In this document: piece by piece, positions 1 to 13,092 of the stretch
Numbering within the stretch: position 1 is the first letter of the stretch
Layout of the letters: each line of letters starts with the position of its first letter
Assembly: GCA_951406725.2 (NCBI GenBank)
Contig: OX597838.1
Location: forward strand, 15,066,001-15,130,000
Reading direction: 5' to 3'
Source: Octopus vulgaris
Lineage: Eukaryota
DNA length: 64,000 nucleotides
Made by a program: the position numbers and the translations under genes
The notes under the pieces: model-generated
The model's database searches: none
Seen by the model: the letters and a program-made list of their open reading frames with translations, nothing else
Told to the model about the DNA's origin: nothing

Positions 1-142
1 TTCCGCCGAGGTCGACTTAGCCTGGCATCTTTTCGAGGTCGATGATATAAGTACCAGTCATATACTAGGGTTGATGTAGCCCCATTCCACCAAATCTCCG
101 GCTCTGGGCTTATAGGAGAAAGGCTCTGTGCTTATAGGAGAA

Positions 143-430
<288 letters not shown>

Positions 431-525
431 GCAATGATTTTAGATTAACTTTTTGTCTATAATAATACAAAGACAATAATTCAACAAGTCGAAGAAAGAA
501 AGAAAGACAGAAAGAAAGAAAGGAA

Positions 526-604
<79 letters not shown>

Positions 605-1127
605 GAAGGAAGAAAGAAATGCTTAAACCAAGTCGGTATACATTATACAGAGCCATTAATAAATGAGCAAGCAATGACGAGGTTCTCTTATAAACGCTGG
701 CTGTTCAAATATTTCTGATAAAGTAGCGTCGTTACAGAGTGTGTTATTGAAGAAAATCTAGAATATGTGTATGTGTGCATGCGGTGTGTGAGTGTGTGTT
801 TGTCAGCTTTTTGTATGAATGTATATATATATATGTATGAAAGTATGAAAGTATGAACGTATGAAGAACGTATGATCGTATGTACATTTGTTTGCTTAAG
901 GCAACCAGCTATAAACACAATTGGCATTAAATATTTAGTTAGCAATAAGCGCTTTGGCAAAATCCATTAGTAGCCGGACGGCGTATGGTTGGTTGTTTTA
1001 TTAACTATATACACCAGATAAAAAGATGGGGGTCTAGAATTCTAGAACAAACGTCGGAAAATAGATAACACGAAAGATAAAAACACCATATTGCGATAGC
1101 GTACCTCAGAGAAACGAAATAGGAAAC

Positions 1128-1735
1128 AAGGCGGCGAGCTGGCAGAATCGTTAGCACGCCGGGCGAAATGCGTAGCCGTATTTCGTCTGCCGTTACGTTC
1201 TGAGTTCAAATTCCGCCGAGGTCGACTTTGCCTTTCATCCTTTCGGGGTCGATAAATTAAGTACTAGTTACGCACTGGGGTCGATGTAATCGACTTAATA
1301 CCTATGTCTGTCATTGTTTGTTCCCTCTGTGTTTTTAGCCCCTTGTGGGTAGTAAAGAAATAAGTATTTCGTCTGCCGTTACGTTCTGAGTTCAAATTCC
1401 GCCGAGGTCGACTTTGCCTTTCATCCTTTCGGGGTCGATAAATTAAGTACCAGTTACGCACTGGGGTCGATGTAATCGACTTAATCCCTTTGTCTGTCCT
1501 TGTTTGTCCCCTCTGTGTTTAGCCCCTTGTGGGTAGTAAAGAAATGGGTATTTCGTCTGCCGTTACGTTCTGAGTTCAAATTCCGCCGAGGTCGACTTTG
1601 CCTTTCATCCTTTCGGGGTCGATAAATTAAGTACCAGTTACGCACTGGGGTCCGATGTAATCGACTTAATCCCTTTGTCTGTCCTTGTTTGTCCCCTCTG
1701 TGTTTAGCCCCTTGTGGGCAATAAAGAAATAAGAA
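1128..1735 (+). mobile_element. Meta-domain-like tRNA-derived SINE, one head plus three tandem ~179-bp units
   Basis: Head AAGGCGGCGAGCTGGCAGAATCGTTAGC, B box GAGTTCAAATTCC, central GACTTTGCCTTTCATCCTTTCGGGGTCGATAAATTAAGTACCAG repeated three times. The family assignment is from recalled similarity. Confidence 0.85.
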
Positions 1736-1934
1736 GCAAAATAGGAACTTGAATACAGCGGCTTGATCTGTTCGTAGACATAGCAGCCAAATATCCCTCA
1801 AATAGCATACGGTGGCCTTTCAAAAGCAAGAATTTAACGTATACACGATCCATTGAGCTGTTGGTAGCTTTTAGAGTCTTTTCTTGACGGTTATGGAAAT
1901 GAGTAGATTATGCGAGGATATTTTTGTCTTTTAT

Positions 1935-2019
1935 CTTTCATTTGCTTCAGTTATTGGACTGCGGCCATGCTGGGGCACCGCCTGGAAAGATTTCGCCGAA
2001 TATATCGATCCCAATAAAC

Positions 2020-2064
<45 letters not shown>

Positions 2065-2263
2065 GTTGTTGTTGTTGTTGTTGTTGTTGTTTTATTTTTT
2101 ATTTTTTTGCAAGTCGGGTATTTTTTCTACCGGTCTCTTTTTTTTTACAGGAAGCACTAATTTACTGGGCATGTAAACACCCCAACACCAGCTGTCAAGC
2201 GGTGGGAGAGACATATATACATATATGTGTGTGTCTGTGTGTCTGTGTGTGTGTCTGTGTGTC

Positions 2264-2325
<62 letters not shown>

Positions 2326-2983
2326 CATATATATCTATATATATACATCTGCATATATATATATATATATATATATATGATACATACATACATGCATACA
2401 TACATACATACATGCATACATACATACACACATACATACATACATATATACATACAACATACGTACATACATACATACACACACACATACATACATACAT
2501 ACATACATACATACATACATACATACATACATACATACATACACACACATACACACACACATACATACATACATACATACATACATACATACATACATAC
2601 ATACATACATACATACATACATACATACATACATACATACATACATACATACATACATACATACATACATAGGCACAGGTGTAGCTAGCTGTATGGTGAA
2701 GAAGTTTGGTTCCCAACCACATGGTTCCGGGTTGTCAGTGAATTTGGTAGACAGAAACTGAAAGAAGCCAGTCGTGTATATACATGTGTGAGTGTGTGTG
2801 TGTGTGTCTTTGTGTCTGTGTTTGTCCCTCCACCACTTCTTGACAACGGGTGTTGGCTTGTTTACGTCCCCCTAAACTAGCGGTTCGGCAAAGAAAACCG
2901 ATATAATAAGTAGCAGGCATTAAATAAAAAGCAAGTACTGGGATCGATTCATTCGACCAAAAGTTCTTCAAGACGGTGCCCCA

Positions 2984-3025
<42 letters not shown>

Positions 3026-3190
3026 AACCGATGGGCTTCTTTCAATTTCCCCCATCCAAGTCAATTTCGAAGGCTTTGGTTGATCCGGGGCTATAGCAGA
3101 AAACACTTGCCCTAGGTATCACGCAGAGAACTGAACCCAGAACCATGGACTTGCGACGCAAACGTCTTACCACCCAGTCATGCCTGCGAC
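1935..3190. mobile_element. Cluster of partial CORE-like SINEs separated by microsatellites (other partial copies at about 7035-7195, 13985-14200, 17330-17560, 17920-18240, 20020-20225, 37824-38110, 55581-55655, 60081-60232)
   Basis: Recognisable head, CORE-like and tail segments of the 4170 family on both strands. Confidence 0.75.
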
Positions 3191-3235
3191 TATATATATT
3201 AATAATTTGTTGGTGGGATGAGATTAAGTGTAATG

Positions 3236-3682
3236 GACTACAGCAAATATTCTACTCAATACCACAGATTTGCCTGTCAGTGTTTGATCTTAACCAGTTG
3301 GGCATGTCCCTTAGTGGCTGACGATATGTGCATCTCTGATCACGAGCAGAAGTAGTGGGGGAGCATCATAGCCGTGTGTTGAAAGGAATTCTTAGAGGTT
3401 TGGATAATTCACCTTTGGAAACATAGGTGTTTCGTTCAACATCCTTAAACAATCCTTATTCAGGAACCTTTTGAGCGGGATGAGCTACTCGACCAGAAAG
3501 AAAATTCTAACTGGGCCCTACCTGCAAGGTCATGCGCTGTTTATCTTGATATGAGATCATCATGTCGCGCACATATGGTTGTGATGCAGCTGCCTGGTGT
3601 ACCCTTATCAGACGGGTAGTCATGATGGGTATATTTTACCCCAGTGTCACTTTGATGGCATGCACTGCTCTCTCACTCAATA

Positions 3683-3737
<55 letters not shown>

Positions 3738-4045
3738 TGATGATGATGATGATGATAAGTACCAGACAGTGGCTCTCATGGCTTCTGATCTTAACTGATT
3801 GGAAGTGTTATCATCTACATTGCTTTGTCTTGGCAAATATTCTGCTCAATCCCACAGATTTGCTTGTAATTTGTTTGACCTTAACCAGTTGAGCATGTCC
3901 TTTGGTGGCTAACGATAAGTGCATCTCTGACCACGAGCAGAAATAGTGGCGGAGGGGAGCATCATAGCCATATGTTGAGAGGAATTCTTTGGTGTTCGAA
4001 TAATTCACCTCTGGTAACATGGTTGTTTCGTTCTACATCGTTGAC
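3236..4045 (+). mobile_element. Non-coding retroelement 3'-end family ending CTCTCTCACTC(AAT)n, two segments
   Basis: The same sequence recurs at 4812-4980, 5011-5433 (+) and 47183-47520 (-). Complete 3' ends always run into (AAT)n and 5' ends are variably truncated. Confidence 0.7.
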
Positions 4046-4169
4046 CCTTTGTGGGCCGGCGGGTTCCCTTGGGACCCCAGCAAATTTTAAAAGTGATGCA
4101 ACTTTTACATTTTTTTAATGAATTTCTATCTCATGACTTTTATTGTCAATAGTTTATGTATTCACATAA

Positions 4170-4585
4170 GGCGTAGGAGTGGCTGTGTGGTAAGTAGCTT
4201 GTTTACCAACCACATGGTTCCGGGTTCAGTCCCACTGCGTGGCACCTTGGGCAAGTGTCTTCTACTATAGCCTCGGGCCGACCAGAGTCTTGTGAGTGGA
4301 TTTGGTAGACGGAAACTGAAAGGAAGCCCGTCGTATATATGTATATATATATGTATGTGTGTGTGTATACGTTTGTGTGTCTGTGTTTGTCCCCCTAGCA
4401 TTGCTTGACAACCAATGCTGGTGTGTTTACGTCCCCGTAAAATAGCGGTTCGGCATAAGAGACCGATAGAATAAGTACTAGGCTTACAAAGAATAAGTCC
4501 TGGGGTCGATTTGCTCGACTAAAGGCCGTGCTCCAGCATGGCCACAGTCAAATGACTGAAACAAATAAAAGAAAAGAGAAAAAGA
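4170..4585 (+). mobile_element. Full-length CORE-like tRNA-derived SINE with internal (TA/TG)n
   Basis: Head GGCG(T/C)AGGAGTGGCTGTGTGGTAAG, B box GGTTCAGTCCC, CORE-like CACCTTGGGCAAGTGTCTT, 3' GTGCTCCAGCATGGCC..CAGTCAAATGACTGAAAC with an A/G-rich tail. Confidence 0.87.
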
Positions 4586-4811
4586 AAGAAACATTTGGAG
4601 TTAAAAATTTCCAGTCATATCGATGTTATAGCATAAAATATGGTCATTGGGGCCAACTGGACCCCATTGGTCTTCTATAAAATTATTTCTTTCTGTTTTT
4701 TTGGGGGTTTTTTTTCAAATATTCTAATGAACTATAAGTCAATTTTCTTTGTATTTGTACTGGTACGAATCGATATACTAAATAATTTTGTTTTATTTTA
4801 TATTTAGTGCA

Positions 4812-5433
4812 AAGTCATGTGCTGTTTATCTTGATATGAAATCACCGTATCGAGCACATATGGTTGTGATGCATTTGCCTAGTGTACCCTTATCAGAAGG
4901 GTAGTCATGATGGGTATACTGGGCTTTGTATATTTTACCCCAGTGTCACGTTGATGGCATGCACTGCTCTCTCACTCAGTAATAATAATGATAATAATAA
5001 TAATAATAATTTGCTTGTCAGTTGTTTGACCTTAACCAGTTGAGCATGTTCCTTAGTGGCTGACGATATGTGCATCTCTGATCACGAGCAGAAGTAGTGG
5101 GGGAGCATCATAGCCATGTGTTGAGAGGGATTCTTTGGGGTTTGAATAGTTCACCTCTGGAAACATGGGTGGTTCTTTCAACATCCTTAAACAACCCTTA
5201 TTCAGGGACCGTTTAAGCGGGATGGGCTACTCAACCTGAAGAAAATTCTAACTGGGCCCCACCTGCAAGGTCATGTGCTGTTTATCTTGATATGAGATCA
5301 CCGTATCGAGCACATATGGTTGTGATGCATGTGCCTAGTGTACCCTTATCAGAAGGGTAGTCATGATGGGTATACTGGGCTTTGTATATTTTACCCCAGT
5401 GTCACGTTGATGGCATGCACTGCTCTCTCACTC
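4812..5433 (+). mobile_element. Two tandem 5'-truncated copies of the (AAT)n-associated family
   Basis: Both end at CTCTCACTC followed by (AAT)n. Confidence 0.72.
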
Positions 5434-5446
5434 AATAATAATAATG

Positions 5447-5503
<57 letters not shown>

Positions 5504-5519
5504 CTTTCTTATTGTAAGC

Positions 5520-6085
5520 GCAAGGCACGAAATTTGGGGAGGGGACTAGTTGCTTACATCAACCCCAGTGTTTCACTGGTACTTAATTTATCGACCCCGA
5601 AAGGATGAAAAGCAAAGTCGACCTCGGCGGTATTTGAACTCAGAACGAGCCAGCCGACGAAATACCTATTTCTTTACTACCCACAAGGGGCCAAACACAG
5701 AGAGGACAAACAAGGACAGAAAAACGGATTAAGTCGATTATATCGACCCCAGTACGTAACTGGTACTTATTTAATCGACCCCGAAAGGATGAAAGGCAAA
5801 GTCCGACCTCGGCGGAATTTGAACTCAGAACGTGGCAGCAGACGAAATACCTTTTTCTTTACTACCCACAAGGGGCTAAACACAGAGAGGGCAAACAAGG
5901 ATAGACAAACGGATTAAGTCGATTATATCGACCCCAGTGCGTAACTGGTACTAAATTTATCGACCCCGAAAGGATGAAAGGCAAAGTCCGACCTCGGCGG
6001 AATTTGAACTCAGAACGTAACGGCAGACAAAATACCGCTAAGCATTTCGCCCGGCGTTTTAACGTTTCTGCCAACTCGCCGCCTT
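5520..6085 (-). mobile_element. Meta-like SINE tandem trimer (3'-most unit is an older variant)
   Basis: Three reverse-complement units of the 1128 family with a single head at about 6040-6085. Confidence 0.85.
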
Positions 6086-6133
6086 GATGATGATGATCAT
6101 GATGATGATCATGATCATGATCATGATGATAGT

Positions 6134-6535
6134 AAGAAGAAGAAAAAGAAGAAGAAGAAGAAGAAGAAGAAGAAGAAGAAGAAGAAGAAGAAGAGGAGGA
6201 GGAGGAGGAAGAGAAGAAGAAGAAGAAAAAGAAGAAGAAGAGGAGGAGGAGGAGGAGGAGGAGGAGGGGGAAGAAGAAGAAGAAGAGGAGGAGGAAGAGG
6301 AGGAAGAAGAAGAAGAAGAAGAAGAAGAAGAAGAAGAAGAAGAAAGAGTAGAAGAAGAAGGAGTAGTAGTAGAAGAAGAAGAAGAAGAAGAAGAAGAAGA
6401 AGAAGAAGAAGAAGAAGAGTAGAAGAAGAAGAAGAAGAAGAAGAAGAAGAAGAAGAAGAAGAAGAAGAAGAAGAAGAAGAAGAAGAAGAAGAAGAAGAAG
6501 AAGAAGAAGAAGAAGAAGAAGAAGAAGAAGAAGAA
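6134..6535. repeat. (GAA/GAG)n tract
   Basis: Direct reading. Confidence 0.97.
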
Positions 6536-6934
6536 TCCCTCCAATTTGGCAAGATTTATCCTCTCACTTGAGAGGAGATTAAACTCTGCACTGCATGCAA
6601 ACGAATCTGTGTCTCCACTGTTTGCAATGACGAGTTATTCTTAATCTTGTTCCTATTTAATCTTGTTCCTGAGTCCTTTTCACAGCTTAGTGTGTTGGCC
6701 ATGAACACGTAACCGTGAAGCACGTTACAATGTGGTATTTACTTACAGCCAAGTGAACACTGAGAACACTAAGAGTTTGGTGCGGTGCTGTTGGGAGTTA
6801 AGTAATTTCGTTACGGACACAGTAATGTAAACCATACAACATAATGGTGCCTTCTTACAACCATGTAGACTGAGCTGCTGACAGCGAAGTGTCTTTGTCA
6901 TAGACGGAGTACAGAGAACTATATACACATATAA

Positions 6935-6983
<49 letters not shown>

Positions 6984-7199
6984 CATACATACATACATAC
7001 ATACATACATACATACATACATACATACATACATACGGGCTCCTTTCAGTTTCCGTATACCAAATCCACTCACAAGACTTTGGTCGGCCCGAGGCCATAG
7101 CAGACGGCACTTGCCCAAGGTGCTATGCAGTGGGACTGAACCCAGAACCATGTGGTTGGTAAGCAAGCTACTCATTATACAGCCACTCCTGCGCCTGTG

Positions 7200-7239
<40 letters not shown>

Positions 7240-7433
7240 CACACATACATACATATATGCATACATACATGCATACATGCATACATACATACATACATAC
7301 ATACATACATAAATACATACATACATACATGCATACATACATACATACATACATACATACATAAATACATACATACAGACACACATACATACATGCATAC
7401 ATACATACATACATACATACATACATACATACA

Positions 7434-7464
<31 letters not shown>

Positions 7465-7953
7465 TATGGTACAACCTTAAGGTGACGAGCTGGTAGAACT
7501 GTTAAGAAGTCGGACAAAATGATTAGCGTCGTTTCTTCCGGATCTTTACGCTCTGATTCCAAAAAAAGCTGATGTCAACTTTTGCCTTTCCTGCCTTCGG
7601 GATCGATAAAATAAGTACCAGTCAAGTACATCGATCCTAGTACTTGCCTGACTCATCAAAATTCTGCGCGTTAGACCCGGCGACGGACAGACCTCTTGTT
7701 CGGTGGAAATGCTCCAACTTCTGTCACTTAAAGGCCATGGAAACTGGATAACCGGCATTTTGAGTGCTAAAGCTCGAGAACAAAAAAAAAACAAAAAAAA
7801 AAACAGTGGTACTAACTTACCGTCAGCACTATTGATAGTTAAGTGTCTTGGATTTGGTCATAGGACAGTGAACAATACTACCCCGTGGTGCACGTTTGCA
7901 GCCTGGTGGGCTACGCCATTTTGAGAATTTGAATAGTGTTTATTGTCAACATG

Positions 7954-8340
7954 TGTGGAGGCGCAATGGCCCAGTGGTTAGGGCAGCGGACTCACGGACA
8001 TAGGATCGCGGTTTCGATTCCCAGACGGGACGTTGTGAGTGTTTATTGAGCGAAAACACCTAAAGCTCCACGAGGCTCCGGCAGGGGATGGTGGTGATCC
8101 CTGCTGTACTCTTTCACCACAACTTTCTCTCACTCTTACTTCCTGTTTCTGTTGTACCTGTATTTCAAAGGGCCGGCCTCGTCACTCGCTGTGTCACGCT
8201 GAATATCCCCGAGAACTACGTTAAGGGTACACGTGTCTGTGGAGTGCTCAGCCACTTACACGTTAATTTCACGAGCAGGCTGTTCCGTTGATTCGGATCA
8301 ACCGGAACCCTCGTCGTCGTAACCGACGGAGTGCTTCCAC
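7954..8340 (+). mobile_element. Full-length tRNA-derived SINE (tRNA-Arg-like head)
   Basis: A box TGGCCCAGTGG, B box GGTTTCGATTCC; 12-bp TSD ATTGTCAACATG (7942-7953 and 8341-8352); near-identical copy at 61150-61538. Confidence 0.9.
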
Positions 8341-8690
8341 ATTGTCAACATGCGATGTTAACGGTATTTTTTTTTTCTGAATCCTCCATTGTATTCTACG
8401 ACAACTGCATAAATAAACCCTTCGGGACGCCCAAACTTTAGTTCCACAAAACTTATTTTATTGAGTCCGAAAGGATGAAAGGCAAAGTTGACATCGGCGG
8501 AATTTGAACTCGGAACGTAAAGACGGACGAATGACCTCTACGCATTTGGCCCGGTGTGCTAACGATTCCGCCTGTTCGCCACCTTAAACTTATTCAATAT
8601 TACGATGCCGTGCATTAGAAATGAACCTGAAACTATTTCTTAATCACTACAGCCAAACCATGAAAGAGAGAGAGGGGGAGGGAGAGAGGG

Positions 8691-8915
8691 AGAGTAAGAA
8701 AGAGAGAGAGAGTAAGAAAGAGAGAGAGAGTAAGAAAGAGAGAGAGAGTAAGAAAGAGAGAGAGAGAGTAAGAAAGAGAGAGAGAGGGGGAAGGGAGAGA
8801 GAGAGGGGGAAGGGAGAGAGAGAGTAAGAAAGAGAGAGAGAGTAAGAAAGAGAGAGAGAGTAAGAAAGAGAGAGAGAGTAAGAAAGAGATAGAGAGTAAG
8901 AAAGAGAGAGAGAGT

Positions 8916-8945
<30 letters not shown>
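8691..8945 (+). repeat. 18-bp purine minisatellite (AGTAAGAAAGAGAGAGAG)n
   Basis: The unit is repeated about ten times, interrupted by a G-rich patch. Confidence 0.9.
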
Positions 8946-8947
<2 letters not shown>

Positions 8948-10221
8948 AATGAGAAAGAGAGACGGTAAAGTGAAAGAATGGGAGTGAGAGAGAAAAATGA
9001 GATACGAATAGATATAATATATACTTGTTAAGACATTGGAATAAAAATGATATATCTATATTTTATACATATATATATTTATATATCAATATATAATACA
9101 TGTGTGTATAAACAAGAGGTAACTTTATGACATTCACATATGTCAGTAAACGTACATGTGTGTGTATATATATTTGTTCTTTTATCTACACTCATTTGGC
9201 TTTGTTCGTGTGTATACGTTTATAAATGGGTTTTATATTTGGATGCGAGTGTTGTAACAGTTTTTACAGGTCAGCTCTGATAGAACGGGGTTTATGATCA
9301 ACAACGTTCCTGTCGTGACATTGTCCCATATATCCTTTCTGTTTTGTTGAGAAAAAAAAAAGACTGTTGGGTGTAATGTGGAGGAGACTTAGCTACTATT
9401 TCTAGCAGATCGAGTGACCACGTAGAGGCCTTACTCGTGTGTCTCTGTATAGATCGATGTCTCGTTCTATGGAGTAGTAAAACCTCAATATACATGTGTA
9501 GAATTACATAGAACTGCTGTACTATCAGAGATACGTATATTTTACAGCATCCAGGGTAGATGGATGGAGACATGGATGATTTTTCACCCTTCATCTTGCG
9601 CCTCTTTTGTTTCAAAACTGTTTCCTGTTATTGTTTGGCTCTAGGTTAGTCCTGACTTCGGCAAACTAATGCTCGAAGGAGTTCCAGCTTTGACCATCCT
9701 GTCTTTTTATGTTCAGCCAGTGTAACTAATAAGTCTTTGCGTTTAGCCCCATGTTATCCCTGCTGAGATATACTTATAACCAAAGACAGTCAGTCCAACC
9801 GTGACCACCCACTCTTTTCAGATATAGTTTATCAGTTTATCTGACATTACATTATCCAGTACACCCTTCATTTTTTCTTTCTAAATAATGTAAGGTGGAG
9901 ATTTGGCTGCTATTTTTAACAAGTCGAATGACCATGTAGAAACTCATATAATGACTCATTTGTTTTTCCTTTTCTTTTTCTTTCTTATTTGGTTGCAAGT
10001 GAAATTTGAGGAAGATTTCTCTGCTATTTCTAACAGGCCAAAAGAGTTCTCTTCACGGGCTCGTATATACTTTTTCTTTCTCTTTTCTTTTTCTTTTTGT
10101 ACGACCGTACGTAGGGTGTTATTTGAGGGAGATTTGCCAGCCATTTCTAGGATCCTAAGAGACCAACAGAACGTGCAGAGACTTCCTCGTTGGTGCTCAC
10201 ATATCCCTCGTTTCCTGACCT

Positions 10222-12153
10222 TTAAAAATGTATGGCGTGTGTGGTGAAATTGTGCACGTCGTTGCAGACTTTGCCACAAATGTTGCACTGCCAAGGATTG
10301 TTGACGTTGTGCAATCCCATGTGTAAATGATAAAGTATTCTGTTAAGAAATATCACATCACAGTGTTTGCACATGGCTACCTGTTCGGCTTTGTTCTTCA
10401 GTTCGTGTAAAATATCCGAGTAGCTACTACTAAATGATGACTCGCTGCCGTTAGACGAACTCACAAACTGTTCTTGTTTACCTTGCTGGCTTTCTAACTC
10501 ATTCACCGGAACCGAATTATGGATGGCTGTTTTCGAAGACATTGCTGTGGAACAGTTTGCTTTGTCTGTTCTCTTCTCCTTTGACCAGCTGTCGTAAAAC
10601 AAGAAAGCCCTATCTTTTGAGCTATTTCCCTCGCCAATATTTCGGCCTCTGTATATATTGTCTTGATGGTCAAACAATTTACCATGCTTTTTATGTGCTT
10701 CTTTGTTCTTCGCAAGAACATTTCTGTCGTATAAAGAATCGTAATAGTGGAAATTCTTTAAAAACGTTGGTTTACTTTGGTAATCGGACTTTTCGATAAA
10801 ACCTACTGAATGAGGTCGCGATGTTATAGAATTCTCAGAGGTAAAATCGTTTGGCACACTTTGACTTCTGTTGACACTTTTAGCACCGAAGGAAGATATG
10901 TACCGTAACTGATCTTCCTTCCAACACTTGGGCTTCTCTTGTACTGAATTATTTGAAGAGGTGCCAACTTGCTTCTGTATCATATTTAGTTTTTCACTAC
11001 CCGGGGATTCATTATGAAATACATGAGATTTATAGACTGTGTTATATTTACTAAAGTAATTTTTCAGAGAGCTGCTCTTGGAATGCTTGTCAAACGATAC
11101 AGTATGATATGAGTCCGACAATCGAGGTTCTATATGGAGGGAATTCTTTTTTATTGGTAACGGACATGGGGTCTCTCCAGTGTCGCTTCCATGTTGAAGC
11201 TGACGCTTTCGTTTGCTCTCAAGCATTTGACTATAAATCCTGGAGGGATCGTTAAATATGGCAGTATTGTGTAGCGCCTGAACGCCACGTCTGTGAGATA
11301 TCAAATGTAAAGTTAGAAAATCTTCGTTTTCGAACGCTGCGCCGCATTCGTCGCATCGCAACCGTGCGGCGCTCCTGCGCGTAGACTGGTAGAGGGCATG
11401 TGACGGAAAATCGAAATGTTGAATAGATGATGCATGTGAACAGTCATTTGCCGATTCGTGATAAGCATGTTGTGACCTGCTACTTGATGCACTTTCTGCA
11501 TGATATGACATCATATGCATGGCCAACGAATCTTGGTCTGCAAACTGAGAATCACACATCAAACAGATAACATGATGTGAGCTGATAAGGTTTGTTGAGG
11601 AATTCATCAAAGAAGGTGATTGTTCTTTGACAATGCTGGTGTCGGTACAGCTGACATTTTGGTGGTCAGTGGCAGATCTTCGAGATATTACACCGTTGTT
11701 ACTCATTGAATCCATTAAAGAACAATCTCTGTTGTTTGTTTCCGGTTCGGTTTTCACGACAACTAATTTTGGTGTCAGAGGAACTGGACTTCCTGTAGTA
11801 GAGCCATCATTGGACAAGACTTCTTGTTTGACTTCTTTAATGCAGTTCTCTATTTCCGATATCGACATATCACCTTGGTCGACAAAACCCAATGTTTCTT
11901 TCGTCGTTGTGGAATGAAGAGCAAGTGTGGAAGATTTGATGTCGTTTGTGTTGCCTATGCTGGACTCAATATCTGCTCGACCATTTCCACCATTGCTTCC
12001 GGTGACTGCAACACGGGATTCGGATCGGCACGATTTTTCTTTAGCGCGTATCATCACATGCATAGCGTATGCATCTCTGTTCATAAATACAGTATTGCAG
12101 TCCTCGCAGGTGAACGGCATCACCGTCATGTCCGCTGTATACAACGGGTCCAT
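10222..12153 (-). CDS. C2H2 zinc-finger protein with C-terminal Ikaros/Hunchback/Pegasus-type dimerisation finger pair (643 aa, single coding exon)
   Basis: Long non-repetitive ORF. ATG at 12153 in AAAATGG context with an in-frame TAG just upstream, so the track's GTG start at 12159 is unlikely. Fingers: CEDC..H (degenerate), CLMC-x12-HMMSYH and CDEC-x12-HLISH. C-terminus CKHCDVIFLNRILYHLHMGLH-NVNNPWQ-CNICGKVCNDVHNFTTHAIH matches the Ikaros-family terminal motif. SUMO-consensus VKQE and VKTE; basic KRKR. Confidence 0.93.
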   Translation of the reverse strand: MDPLYTADMTVMPFTCEDCNTVFMNRDAYAMHVMIRAKEKSCRSESRVAVTGSNGGNGRADIESSIGNTNDIKSSTLALHSTTTKETLGFVDQGDMSISEIENCIKEVKQEVLSNDGSTTGSPVPLTPKLVVVKTEPETNNRDCSLMDSMSNNGVISRRSATDHQNVSCTDTSIVKEQSPSLMNSSTNLISSHHVICLMCDSQFADQDSLAMHMMSYHAESASSSRSQHAYHESANDCSHASSIQHFDFPSHALYQSTRRSAARLRCDECGAAFENEDFLTLHLISHRRGVQALHNTAIFNDPSRIYSQMLESKRKRQLQHGSDTGETPCPLPIKKNSLHIEPRLSDSYHTVSFDKHSKSSSLKNYFSKYNTVYKSHVFHNESPGSEKLNMIQKQVGTSSNNSVQEKPKCWKEDQLRYISSFGAKSVNRSQSVPNDFTSENSITSRPHSVGFIEKSDYQSKPTFLKNFHYYDSLYDRNVLAKNKEAHKKHGKLFDHQDNIYRGRNIGEGNSSKDRAFLFYDSWSKEKRTDKANCSTAMSSKTAIHNSVPVNELESQQGKQEQFVSSSNGSESSFSSSYSDILHELKNKAEQVAMCKHCDVIFLNRILYHLHMGLHNVNNPWQCNICGKVCNDVHNFTTHAIHF

Positions 12154-12351
12154 TTTCACCTATAAACAGTTCCGCTGCTGCAAATGTTTACTTTGACCAC
12201 AGCGGCGAGGATGCGTTAAGATTCACGTTTATTAAAAATGTAACACTTTGCAATAATTGCATTCACTGATCTTCTACGATAGAAAAATATCTGATCAAAC
12301 AGAGAACACAGATAAAATTATAGATTAGTTGCATGTAGATATTACACTCAC

Positions 12352-13050
12352 TCCTGTATGTAACTACAGTGGCTAGAGTTTTTACAGCTATAACGACACA
12401 GACAAAAGCTACAGCCAATGTATATAATGCCAGTAAATATAAACAGTTCCGTTGCTGTAACTCTTATTCTCTTCAATTGCCAAACATTCATTTGCTGCTC
12501 TGATATAAAATCCTTTTTTTCCGAACAGCCGTCTCCTAAATTATTTCTCAAGTTATCCTCGATCTTTAATCAGGTTCTTTTTTTCTTTCTTAGTTTGATA
12601 TGTCTAATAAAAGTTTATTTTTGGTAAAAATTTCCACTGAATATCACAAAGAAGAGAATTTACAATCCGTTGGCATTTATAGCAACGATTATAACAACAA
12701 CCGTCCGTTTTGCAATTGTTAATCAGCTGAAAAAGCAGATTAAGAGGAATGTCGTCTCTCTTGTTTTTCTACACTGTTACTGAATATTCCTCCCTCCATA
12801 GCTTCACTGGTGAAATTTTCATTAATATATCCCAAGTCTGTTGAATTTCCATCGTAGTCTCAGACATATTCTCCATATTCTTTTTAAATAGGTTAACACT
12901 TTCAGATTTTTTTTTATTCTTTACGTGTCGTCTGCTAAATCGAGTCTTCCAATTTTTCGAACTTAAAATGTTTAGCCTTTTATTTTTTTTTATCTTTGTC
13001 TATGTCTTTATTTTATTTATCTATTTATACCATTTCGTGATTAAACAGTG

Positions 13051-13092
<42 letters not shown>

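Noticed and set aside
1128-1735. CRISPR-like array from the regularly spaced repeats
   Set aside because: The units are whole ~179-bp SINE bodies with no unique spacers; eukaryotic context and no cas genes.
1264-1801. Recurrent peptide MRNWYLIYRPRKDERQSRPRRNLNSER as a gene family
   Set aside because: It is the antisense reading of the Meta-like SINE; frames break between copies.
7954-8030. Functional tRNA gene
   Set aside because: A/B boxes are present but there is no closed acceptor stem; it continues into a SINE body flanked by a TSD.
10222-12153. Naming the gene hunchback or IKZF5
   Set aside because: It lacks the linked central DNA-binding fingers that define those genes; orthology cannot be assigned without phylogeny.
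10503-12196. Overlapping and antisense ORFs inside the zinc-finger CDS
   Set aside because: Short shadow frames of a real coding sequence with no recognisable motifs.
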